Assembly (NCBI GenBank): GCA_044892525.1 | Contig: CM097886.1 | Coordinates: 99,448,001 to 99,512,000, forward strand | Direction of reading: 5' to 3' | Length of the DNA: 64,000 bases | Source of the DNA: Schmidtea polychroa | Lineage: Eukaryota | Shown here: in pieces, positions 48,635-61,500 of the stretch | Layout: each line of letters opens with the position of its first letter | How positions within the stretch are numbered: position 1 is the stretch's first letter | Notes under the pieces: generated by a model | Database searches by the model: none | The model's input: only the letters and a program-made list of their open reading frames with translations | What the model was told of the DNA's origin: nothing | Program-made: the position numbers and the translations under genes

Positions 48635-50041
48635 GGAGATGTTGTCAAATAAATTTCTTGTGAATGAATATGAAGTGATAAAATTAGTAAATTATATTAA
48701 AAATCCATTATAGCAACCGAAAGGTGTAAAACATACGATGAACATAGACATATAAAGGACACAAAATACGTTAAATAAATAGACAAGCAACACAGCAATT
48801 AGAACTAAAATCAAAGTTGAATGCAGGACTGATCATAGTCGTATGAATGAGCTGATCGCTAAGATCAGTACGATTTTTATTTCCAATTTTCTTTTCTTCC
48901 TGTTTGTTATTTTGGCATAAAGAGATACGATAATGAGGGGATGACAAGTGAATAGTCCTTACGACACTTGCCCGGATGGGGAAATCCTGATCACCCTGAT
49001 GAGAGAATGTAGTAGGATCCATCGCAAATGTTGGGGAGTTTCTGTCCAGTGACTGATCACCACTTGTGGGAAACGAACCAACGCGATTATTATATTTTTT
49101 GTCTGGGAGACTGGGACTAACTAAAAGGGCGAATAAAAATAGAAAAATAAAATAAAAATTGAAAAACGCGCGCTAAACGTTAAAAATTTAATCCGAGAGC
49201 AGCTGCGGATTTGAAGAAACCGTTTTTGGACTTCAAATCAGATGAGAATAATGATTTTTCCCTAGCGAGTGATGAGGCACCCGAGTACAGCGGCTAACCA
49301 CCGGACTGTAGTGTCCAGGAGATTATCGGCCAAGGGACTGATGATGCTGGATCACCCAATACAAAAACCCGGATGCCACACCGAGTATTGGGCGCACTTT
49401 TTTGAGTTGCTAGCGGGACTTGATACAAAAACCCGGAAGGGTAGCGAGCGAGAGAGACCCAGTTACCTACACCGAGTATCAAGGAGCCCAGTGAAACGGT
49501 TGTGAGATGCGAGTCAACCGGTAAAGGACTCGTACTCAACAGGCAACCAAGATTGGACCAGTTGTGAGGCGGGAGACCGAGAGTCAACTGCATACCCAAT
49601 TTCCTTTTAGCTTCACTAGTCGGGAGATCTGGTTCATCACTTTTGAGAATCACGATCAAGGCGATTAGGCATTTCCGTGTTTTTTAAATCCTGATAGATA
49701 GGATGTTTTTTCTTCGTGATTATTGCTAGCAGGGGTCGGTACAAAACCCGGATGCCCACACCGAGTACCGATAGGCCCAGTGAAACGGCGATGAGATTAG
49801 AGTTACCGGTATTAGACTCTTTTCAATAAGCGGCCAAGAATTGAGCCAGTTGTGAGGCCTCAGCAGATTAAGAGTTGGAGTAGGAGGAGCCTCGAATTTT
49901 TGATTAGCCCGAAAGTCAACTGTCAACTCAATTTAATCGCGGTAGGGACGATAGTAGGTGTTAAAACCGAAGGCGTCTGGGGGTTGAAGAAACCTCATTT
50001 AGGGCATTTGAAACCGGTCAGGGACCGAAGACCGCGAATAC

Positions 50042-50483
50042 GGCGTAATGGTGTAAAAGCCCAGGCGTCTAGGAGTCGTAAAAGACTTCAATTTTGATTA
50101 AACCGGCCGGAAGCCGATGCCGACGCGGAGGTCTAACAAACCAAAGCGTTGATGGATAATAGTAGAGTATATGGCGTAATGGTGTAAAAGCCCAGGCGTC
50201 TAGGAGTCGTAAAAGACTTCAATTTTGATTAAACCGGCCGGAAGCCGATGCCGACGCGGAGGTCTAACAAACCAAAGCGTTGATGGGTAATAGTAGAGTA
50301 TATGGCGTAATGGTGTAAAAGCCCAGGCGTCTAGGAGTCGTAAAAGACTTCAATTTTGATTAAACCGGCCGGAAGCCGATGCCGACGCGGAGGTCTAACA
50401 AACCAAAGCGTTGATGGGTAATAGTAGATTATATGGCGTAATGGTGTAAAAGCCCAGGCGTCTAGGAGTCGTAAAAGACTTCA
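50042..50483 (+). repeat. 131-bp tandem repeat, ~3.4 near-identical copies, in the element's leader
   Basis: Units start at 50042, 50173, 50304 and 50435. Confidence 0.95.
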
Positions 50484-51554
50484 TGAGATTAAAATGAGTT
50501 GATTAAACCGGCCAAGGAGCCGATGGTAATTGAGTGAAATGATTTAAATGAAAATAAAGGAGTTGAACAAACCGGCCAGAGAGCCGATGGTAAATAAAGG
50601 TGGATGTAGAGGTCGCGCGAACCAAAGCATCAATGATTAACTATGAAATTGATTAAACTGAAATAGATTAAGTGCGATAAATATGTAATGAGTAGAGGAG
50701 AATTATGATAAAGCGCCGGCGCAAGCGAAAATTAAACCAGTTTTTGGATGGGGAAAAGCGAACGAATAGATAGTAGTTGAATTATTGAATTTTATTTTGA
50801 TATTTATGTGATTAATATTATATTTCTATGATAATTATAAAAGGGATAGATAATTGATACGACTATATAGATAATTGATACGAGTTATAGATAATTTAAA
50901 ATCAACTTAAAATCAAAATGGGGCGAATAGCGAGAAGTGTAGAAAAGCTAGAAAATTTGAAGCGAAGGGACAGTAAAATAAAGGGAAAAGGAAAGTAAAT
51001 GAAGGGTTTAATAAAGAGAATTTATGATATGTACTAGAGGTGTTAATTATTTTAGAATAAAGCAAACAATTCAGAAAGAAATCAAAGAAATCAAGAAAGC
51101 AATAGAAATCAAGAGATATAGAGAAATCAATTAGAAGCGAAGAATCAAGGAAATTAATAAAACCAAATCCAAGAAGAGTTAGAGAATCGTAAAGATTAAA
51201 GCGAGAAAAATACTTAGAAAACATCGAGCTCGATTGACAAAGTAGAAAATTTATCAAAGGATATTAAAAGGAGGAAAAATTGATAGCATAGCTAACCGAA
51301 CGAGACGAAAAAGTAAAGGAAACCTCAGTTTATTGGAAAAGGAAGAGATACAAAAGGCCAAGACCAACAGAAAACTACACAGGAAGCCAGCATCAGTAGA
51401 AACAGTATTTGAATCAGACAGTTTAACAAACGAATTTGAGAACAGCGACGATCTTAAACGAACCGAACTAGATCCGATAAGTGACATTGAATCATCAGAC
51501 GAGGAAGGAAATAGTTCAGAGTCAACCAATATAACAATTTTGTGTCAAGAAATA

Positions 51555-52538
51555 ATGACAGACGGAATTCCAAATGTAACAGGGCTAACGGACCCACCGG
51601 AAACAAGTAATGTGCACGTCAACATTGGAGAATTCAGAGAGAAATTTCGAGGAGAGCCATTCGATGGAAATATAAACCAGCTGGAAACGTTTATAAAGGA
51701 ATTCGAAGTATACATTACGATATGTCACTGGCCAGACATAGTCGTACGAGAACGAATACCCCTATATCTAAAGGGAAGCGCCCAAGATGTATACTTGGAG
51801 GCGAAATGTGATGCAACTAAGTTGAGAACGTGGAAAGAGATCAAGGAATTTTTAATAAAAACATTCGGTACCGAAAAAGAGGGAAATCGGAAAATGTTAG
51901 ACTTTCTGCATCGAAAGCAGAAATATAACGAATCCAACGCACTGTACGCATGCGAATTGAGACGACTAGCACGAGAAGCCTTCGATTCAAATCAACCAGT
52001 TCCGGAAGACAAAATAATAGCCGTATTCGTAGATGGCATGAAACGGGAGGATATACGAGCAACTTTGGGATGCCGAGCACCAGAGACGCTGGAAGAAGCA
52101 CTAAAAATAGCTAACAAATGTGAAACTTACCTAACACCAATACAAGTAGCAGCAATGACAGCAGCCCCAGCAGCTCCAGCAACAACAGCAACAACCACAA
52201 ACAACCAAGTCAATAATGCAAATCCAGTAATGAATCAATTCATCCCAGGATCGCAACAGTTGTTCAAAACTCCACAAACAAGAAACCAAAACAATGGAGG
52301 TAATATTCAAAATTTTACTAATAATTTCAGGAACAACGACATCAACAATCGAACGTGCAACATATGCCAACGACCAGGGCATTGGAGCAATGAATGTTAT
52401 AAAGCAAGGATGTGTCAAAAGTGTGGGAGAAGAGGCCACACGGAAAATGTCTGCAGAGGACCCATGATGTCTATGAGCAGAGGAGGAACCAGAACCTGCT
52501 ACAATTGTAATCAGCCTGGACACATGGCAAGAGAATGC
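51555..52538 (+). other. Polyprotein domain: Gag capsid-like region with three CCHC zinc knuckles (52356-52538)
   Basis: FRGEPFDG..WPD..LYLKGSAQDVY..WKEIKEFL; CNICQRPGHWSNEC, CQKCGRRGHTENVC and CYNCNQPGHMAREC. Confidence 0.9.
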
Positions 52539-55500
52539 ACGATGAGAACCAAACCAAATCAACCAGGATCAAACAATCCAGTTCAGAACACACAAATCAA
52601 CCTCATGCAGGAAATCGAACAATTAAAAGATATGATCCTGCGAATACCGACTAATAACCAACAACAACGAATCAACATGATGCAGAGCACCGAGGAAATC
52701 CGGAACCAACCAAGTAAGCAACAACAAGATCAGCAACGAGTCGAATGGCAAAGATTACAAAACGAGGAAGCCAGAGAAATTCAAGAAAGATGGAAACAAC
52801 GGGAAGCGAATCCCGGAAGAATAAATATGATGAGATTAACAAATAAAGAGGAATCGCACACTGCGGAGCAGTGTGTTAACAACGACGGGAGTGAACCGAT
52901 AATAAACAAGGAGATAAAAACGACAAAAGAAGATGAGATTGATCCACGAACAGAATTGAGCAGTGAAGAGAAAATACAATTGATTAAAGAATTTACCAAA
53001 GAGGAGAAAGAAAGGAGACAAAAGAGAGATGAGAGTAAAGACGAACCAAAAAACAATGAGATAATTACAAAAAATCGAATTCAGAGGGTACTACTACAAA
53101 AAATCGAAGACAGAATCAAAAACGAAAATCCTACATTAACTGAGGAACAAATAAAAGAAAAAGTGAAAGAGCATTGGTTCAGGAAAAATGAGTGGTTTGA
53201 AAAGAAGGAACCACATACCAAAGCTAAAATAAACATGCTGAGACAAATGCGGAGCGATCAGACGGATCAGGAAGATGAGAAAAGTGAGGTGAGTAGCCTG
53301 GGAGGCGAATTATTTCAGTCAAGTGAGGAAAATAACGAACCGAAAACACCTCCAAACAGTGAAACACCTCAAAGTAGTGAGGAGAGTGAAAATGATGACA
53401 TGAAATCAATGATAGAAAAAGATGAAGAAGAGATATTCGAGGAAATTCTCGACACAGTAACAGAAATAGAGCGAAATGAGAGCTACATCAACGAGTTAAC
53501 ATACAGAAAATGCTTAAAACTTATAACTCAAGTATACCAGTGTGAAGGAGGTATAATAACGGCAGCATGGAAAGATTTAGCAACAAAATATAAAGAGAAA
53601 CTAAAGGAAGCAGGCCCAGATCAATATCAAGTAAGTATTCAACACCCCGAGATTCAGATACAGACTATTGAATTAAAAGGAACAAATACCGATGAACTGT
53701 ACAACTGGGTACAGGAAAAAATGGGAACGAGCCATAAAAATAAACAATTATATGTCGATGGTTACAAAGTTAAAATGGGCATACATTTGGTAGATGCGAT
53801 GATATGGCCAAACGAAACTAACATCTTAACCTTAGAGAAAACCAGAGATGACGACTCGGTAGCAGAAATGTTCAAGAAAATCCAACAAGTGTTTAACAAT
53901 GAAGTGGAACCAGAATTGGAAAAGATCGAACGAAAAATAATGAAAGAAAATCAAATAATCTTAGTCAAACAAGCTATCGATCAGACAAGGAAATACATTA
54001 ATAGACTGAGAGAAAGATGGCCACAACTAATGAAACAATTCGTTAAAGACGTACGAGACACGGAAATTATGAGATTCGAAGACAAACGAGCGACAGAATT
54101 GATATCTAAATACGGAGAATACGAGAGAACCAAATGCGAGCATGAAACGATGAAAATAAAGGTGAAGTTGCCAAATGAAGAGAAACAAATAATAGAAGTT
54201 AATCCCGATTGCCAAGTTGACGAGTTAGTGCAAATCATAGATCAAGAGATCATCCAAAAAGCTCGAGAAAATAGTGAGGATGGAATGATCGAAGATGTGA
54301 TAATAATGTACAACCGGCACATGCTAGAAAGAGGAGACCGAACTGTAATTTACGAACTAGGAATCTGGGAAGATGGAGCCGTCATCAATATAATCGCGAT
54401 GGATGAACCATCTGGTGGGCACAAAAACGCCACGAAAACCGAGCAACAAATTAAAAGATTCCAATGGGGAATGAGGGCAAAGATGGATCGAATAATAGAT
54501 ATTTATAACCATTGGCTAAAGGATGATAAACTAAAACTAGCAGCCTTCAATGACGAAGATTGCAAACTGATACCATGGAAAAAAGTGTGGATCGAAAGTG
54601 AAGCTCGATGGGATTGGGAGCAGCAAAAGTTGGAACCAAATTGGATAGATAATATACCCGAAGAGATCGCAGCAGTATGGGTAAGAGAGAAACCGATCGA
54701 TACTTACCAGGATATATTACCACAAGAATTCCAAAATGAATTACCATCAGGAGAAGATGAGGAGATACGAGAACCGGTAAAGTTAGCACCATTCACGTGG
54801 AAAATTGAGAATTGGATGGAAAAGATAAAATCAGCAAAGGAAGAGAAAATCACACGATTAGTAAGTCCACCGTTCTACTCAGGATTAGGTGAGTACAAGA
54901 TGAAATTGCGAATATACCCGAACGGAGACGGGATAGGTAAAGGAAGTTATGTGTCGGCATTCTTCGCCATCTGCAAAGGAAATTATGACGACAAGGTACC
55001 ATGGCCGTTTAGCAGAAAAGTGACGATAGCAATCGAACCATTGAAAGATAGCCTTAACATGCATAAAGAAACATTGAAACCAGATCCAAGGAGCGCCTGC
55101 TATCAACGACCAACAACATCAGAAAATATCGCTTCTGGGACACCTAAATTAATACGTCTAAGTTACATTGAGAATGAGCAGTCAAAATTTGTGAAAAACA
55201 ATGCTATCCAGATCAGAGTAGAAGTTGAAACAGAACAAGAAATGAACCAACGACTGAACATACCAGAAAATCAACCGAGAATCTGTATGATGAGGAGAAG
55301 AGTGTCTGATTCAGGACATCTACCAATAGACGCAGATGCAGATGAGGAGGAAGCAGCAACATTGTTGGAAGCACAAAAATGTAAGGAGTTGATGGAGATA
55401 TTACAAAACGGGGCGAAAAATCGTCGACGAGCGGTGGTAGAACTAGCAAAATGGATAGCCGAATCATGCAAAAGGATTCAAAATCTACGAAAGATCGTTA

Positions 55501-58500
55501 AAGCGATTGAAGAATATAGACGGGTATACGTATGGTACCCTGAACAATTTGGTGAAATCATCCGGAAATGGAAACAACAAGAGTGGGCCGAAAACTCACC
55601 TGAGAAATATCAATTAAAAATATTCATGCCAGATTTTGAACCAATGGAAAAGGAATTCTATACGACAGCTAAAGTCAGAGAAGTTAAAAAGAGAATACCT
55701 TATGAACTCCCATTCCACTTACAACACGAGGGACGATCATTAGACGACGATATTGAGATCGGTGTGACACCACTCCAAGGAGAAATTGTGAACAGATTAA
55801 CGGTGAGTAAAATTGCAGGTAGAGAGCTAAGGAGAAGAGAGATAAAGCAAAAATCATCCACCCAACAACCAGGAAGTTTGGACACACCAGAAGTTCCAAA
55901 TGCGGTTAGTGAAGTGACGATCGAAACAACGGGAGAAGACGAAATACTGAATGAATTACAAGAGATAGTAGAAGCAGGCGAGATTATGAGAGCATCGCAA
56001 TCAGGAGATCTATTTATCGACGAAGGTGAACCGACAACTGATGATTTAGATGGATTTGTATGCGCGCAGAGACAACCAGTGGAAACGACGGAAGCCGAGA
56101 CGGATTTAGATAACGTGGAAAGAGGTGCCAATAAAGATGTAACCACAACCGATGAATGGAGCAACTGGAGAGTAGATCCAGGAGCGACCACGTCAAAAGA
56201 TACAACTTACAATCCGCCAAAACGGAAAGAAACCGGAACAGCTATGGATCGACGAACAAGAGGAAGACCAAAAACAGATAAAGCAGAGATCGAACCAAAA
56301 TCCAAAGTTCAGGCGCAAATGGAGCAGGTAAAAACTAAAATGGATAAACTAAGTGCATTAGTAAAACAAGTGAAAGTGAAGACAAGCGTCCGAGAACAAG
56401 GGACACGATGGATAAATGACCTATTAGCCAACGTGTTAGCATTAGCAAATCCAGAAGTGAAAAGAGTCATGAGGAAGGATAATATTCCGACCGAAGCCAA
56501 ACAATTATGGGCAGTATTGAAACCGATAATAATGAAAATCATGGATAATAAAATTCGATTAACGTTAAAAGATCCCGTGGAACTCAGATTAATTGTGGAA
56601 CATCTATTAAGCAGATCAGAGGACCAAAATCGATTTTTAGTGGGATTAGCATATTTAGTATATAACGTTATCGGTCAATATAAAAAACGAATGCCAAAAT
56701 ATAACGCAACGGGTTACGAATTCACAGTAACAGAAATAATTAAACGATCAATAGAACCATATATACTTGAACAAGGGGGATGGAGAAGCTTCATCGAATC
56801 AACTGGGAAGAAAGATCAAACGGAAATGATGCAAGCAAAGTTACGCGATTTGCTAACTGAATTCGAAGGAACAATCAATATAAACGACCCAAGAGCAAGT
56901 CGAAAGGGAATGAATGCCATAATAACCACGATATTGATATGGATGATGTGTATCAAAGGAACGGAGTCATTTGCAGTATACGACTGCGACAACATAAAAA
57001 TCCATGAGAAATATTCATTAAAGGATACGGAAGACTGTAAAGCGGCAAACCCAAGAAAATTACAAACAGTCATGGCATCAGTCTCGTACAACGTATATCA
57101 AGAAGCAGATTTCATCAAAACTATGGTCCAAGAGTGTACGGTAACCAGAAAGATATTCGCACATCACTGCGGTTCATCCTCACACTCAACAATCATAGAA
57201 CCAGGATTGGAATCGACAGTAATATTACTATCAAGAGAGGAATGCGAGGAAGGGTTCCGATCAGGGAGAATCCACTTAAGGCAAGGGATTGAAATCGCCG
57301 CAGAACCAGGAAAAATAAAAACGACTCGCGTATATACGGCGGGCAGAATCACTAAAGGAGACGGAACATGTGAGACAGGAACATACACCTTGAACGGACA
57401 ACTGGTTAGTGGAGTGGTCGTAATAGAAAGTTACGAAGCTAAATTGGAAAAGTATCAAGGCTACTTTGACCCTGACACGCAAGCAATGAAGAAATACCCA
57501 AGCTGTCTCGCATCAGATCGATCATGTTCAACCGGAATGTCAACTCTGGTATACCACGCAGATCAGAAAGTATGTCGACTAATGTTACTCAAGACAGCAG
57601 TATTCGAAGAAATCCAAGGGAAAGTGTACAGTGAACCAAAAGGAGAAGCAGAGAGACGAGCGATGGAAGAATTGAGAGCAAGGAAAGGATTCAGGGAAGA
57701 CGTAATAACATCGAAATTGGAATCGGAAGTAACACCCACAGCGATAATCTCCAAAGACGATGGAATAGGAATGAGGTTCATAAAGAACAAAATGGTGAGT
57801 AAATGCGATGAGATGGTGATCAGCACCAATTATAAAGGGATCTACTTGTCGCGGAGAACCCTAGCAAATGCAGTCGGAAGACTAAGCGAAAAGGATGTCA
57901 AATTATATTTATACGCTAATAATAAGATGGATTTCTTATATCACAGAGGATTAACATCTACGGAAAAAGTCTACCATGATCTGTTAAGAAACGATTGCCT
58001 GCTCAACAAAGAAATATTGAGAACAAAATTAGCAATGGCGATTACAAATCCAGATAACGCAATTCCACTACTACCATTACAGGAAGGATATTTCGGACGA
58101 ATCGTGGGCAAAGTGATGTACACCTACCAATGCAAAAAGATAATGGCAAGATTGCCGGAAAACCCTACAATACCAAGGGATAAGTGTGCAAACGAACTCG
58201 AAATTATTCACGAAGGTAAACCCAGGTTTGTGCAAGCAGTCACTAGGATAATGAACCCGGTAGGGTTTCAGCCAAATCTGTTCAATTGCAGTAATGCATA
58301 TGGACCAATGTATGAAAAAGAAGATGGACAATGGGTTCAATTTCCAAGTAAAACAATCGTAGTGACACCCAAGAAATTTGGATTGACGGAACTAACAACA
58401 GAATTAGAGTTCAAGCCGATAGACGTATCACAGAGTGGATTATATACACCAAAAGATCTTGAATCAGCAAGGGCCCACATGTTATTCCCAGCACACAGAC

Positions 58501-61500
58501 AAGCGATCCTATCAAATATAGTGACTATTTCTGGAGGAAATAATTATGGGGAGAGCCCAAATTACGAGCTATTATTATCACCAAGTCACTATCAACAAGC
58601 AACAGCAAACATGATGAAGGCTATGTGGGGTCGATTTTTGGTATTTGGCCAAATGATGGCAGGAATACTCGGAATTATTCTGATAATACAAATAGTCAGA
58701 GTAATACTAACCCAGATGCTAGCATGTTTTGACATCTATAAGCGCGAGAGAAAAGTAAATTGGAAACTTGCAATTGGATTCTTACCGTTCTTAGCGAAAA
58801 CAATGGTGTTGCATGGACACTCAAAGGATATTCATCGAATAAAAAGATTGTTGAAAATACTAACGCAAATGAAAGGGACAGACGAAGAAGTCGGACGTAA
58901 GTTCAAAGTGATAATGAGATTAGAAGCAGAAAGAACTCAAGAGAAAGCAAAAAGAACCGGGAAGTGGAAAAAGTGGATGAACCTCAGACGAGACGATGAT
59001 AGTGACAACGACAATGATGATTTCAACGACGATGATAATAACCAAGGAGGAGCAATGTTGATAAATAAAAATACAGCCACTTGGGAAAACGAAAAAATGA
59101 AACCATGGGGATCACCGTATTCACAGACCCCATATTTACAAGCACCAACTAATGGACCAATGCGACGACCAGGAACAATGAGAGAACGGATAAGAATGGG
59201 AACCGGAAGATTACCCATACCGAACATTTATCCAACAGCTTATGAACCAAATTGGGCAGCAATGGATCCAACGATGATCAAACAGGCTAAAAGTGTAGAA
59301 CAAGAAGTGGAGACACGAACGATTGCGGTATTGCAGACACCAGCCGGACCATCATTAACCATCACGGTCGAAGTAAACGGAATAGAAATGGATGCAATGA
59401 TCGATACCGGAGCAAATATTTCGGCAATAAATATGAATATGCTACCAGGCAGACTATGGCCATGCATTGAAGAGACAACCATGGATGTAATAACATGCAG
59501 CAAACAATCCATAGCGGTGGTAGGAAGAGTATGGTCAACGATTGAATATAAAGGGGTTAAAGTTACAACGTACCTCGCAGTCATTAGACAGCTAAGCGTA
59601 TCATGTATAATTGGAACAGATGTAATGCCGGAATTATTGAAAGAAATTGTGATTGATTTGAGTTCCATGAAATTAAAAGATAAAACTGGACAGATATGCA
59701 CAATGAGAACAGAAGTGAGATGCTCCGAAAAAATGATAATACCAGCACGTACCCAGACAATATGTTATGTCAAGGTCGATAACGAAGCCAAAGGAGATAT
59801 GATATTTGAACCAAGTCAAAAATTCGAGAAGAGAAGGGAGCTGCCATTGGCAAGAGAAATTGTCAGTATAAATGAGGATAACGAGATACCCATCAATATC
59901 ACCAATTTTGATGAGGAAGATAAAGTAATCTACGAAAACGAGAGACTTGGAAAACTCACACCAATGATGAACATTGAGCTACCGGAGATAAAAAGCGAGG
60001 GAGCAGACGAAAAAGAATTATGGACCATCGATAGCGAACTCCTAAATAAAGACGAAAAGGAACAACTCAGACAACTACTGATTGAGTTTAAAGATATTTT
60101 TGCGGCTTCAGATTTGGAATTGGGTACTAGCGATGTAACTCAACACATTATACCATTAACAGATGAGACACCCATAACGTTAAGACCATATCGATTGGCT
60201 GAAGCACAAAAAACGGTAGCAGAGGAAGAAGTACAAAAGATGTTAGATGCTGGGGTAATAGAACCTAGTTGCTCACCATGGCAATTCCCAGTGGTAATGG
60301 TCAAAAAGAAAGATGGCACACAGAGATTTTGTATTGACTATCGGAGGTTGAACGCAGTAACAAAAAGAGATACATATCCACTGCCAGACATAAACGAAAT
60401 GTTACAGATGTTGCATGGAGCAGCATACTTTACATCTTTAGATCTAAAGAGTGGATACTGGCAAATTAAAGTTAAAGAGGAAGATAGAGAAAAGACAGCC
60501 TTTACCATCGGAAAAGATTTATATCAGTTTAAAAAGATGCCATTTGGATTAACAAACGCACCTGCTTCGTTTCAGAGATGTATGAACTTTGTGACACACG
60601 GGATCAAACAATGTATGGTGTATATCGATGATCTGTTAATTTATTCAGGTACTTTCGAGCAACACTTAATCGACATCAGAAACGTATTCATAAGACTGAA
60701 ACAATGGAAGCTGAAATTGAAACCGTCAAAATGCGACTGGGCAAAGGAGAGAGTCACATTTTTAGGACACATTGTGTCGGCAAAAGGAAAAGAACCAGAT
60801 CCGAGAAACATTGAGAAAATAAAGAATTGTCCGATACCAAAAACCGTGACTCAGGTACAAGAATTTCTGGGATTATGCGGATACTACCGCAAGTTTATCA
60901 AAAATTATGCAACTATCGCAAAACCAATTCAAGAACTAACAAAAAAAGATACTCCATTTCTGTGGGAAAGGGAACAGCAAATAGCTTTCGAATCGCTAAG
61001 AGATAAACTAATAGCCTCGCCTATCTTAATCCACCCAGATTTCAAAAAGCCTTTTTTATTAGCAACTGATGCAAGTGGATACGCATCAGGAGCTGTGCTA
61101 GGACAATGGGATGAGGAGAAAAGAGAAAGAGTCATCGGATATTATAGCAAGACGTTCAAAAAACACGAGAAGAATTACTCGGTCACAGAAAGAGAGGCCT
61201 TAGCAATAATTCAGGCGATAAAACATTTCAAATATTTATTGTGGGGACACGAGATAATTATTACTACGGACCATCAACCTCTAGTTTGGTTGGGCCAACA
61301 TAAAGAGGCATCTAGTCGATTGATGAGATGGGCAATGCAGTTACAAGAATATTCTCCATACATCAAATTCAAGTCAGGAAAAGCAAACGCAAATGCAGAC
61401 TGCATGTCGAGATTTGTATTTGAAGAACTCATGGATCATGACGTCAGACGAATATGCCTGATAATCGCGGAAGATATCGATTTTACCAATCTAAAGAACG

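Noticed and set aside
48990-49080. CTGATGAG ... GAAAC in the leader as a hammerhead
   Set aside because: I could not build stems I-III around the core.
50042-50483. 131-bp repeats as a CRISPR-like array
   Set aside because: The units are contiguous and near-identical with no unique spacers; the context is eukaryotic with no cas genes.
52540-59330. Programmed frameshift or readthrough between gag and pol
   Set aside because: None is needed; the frame is continuous through this whole interval.
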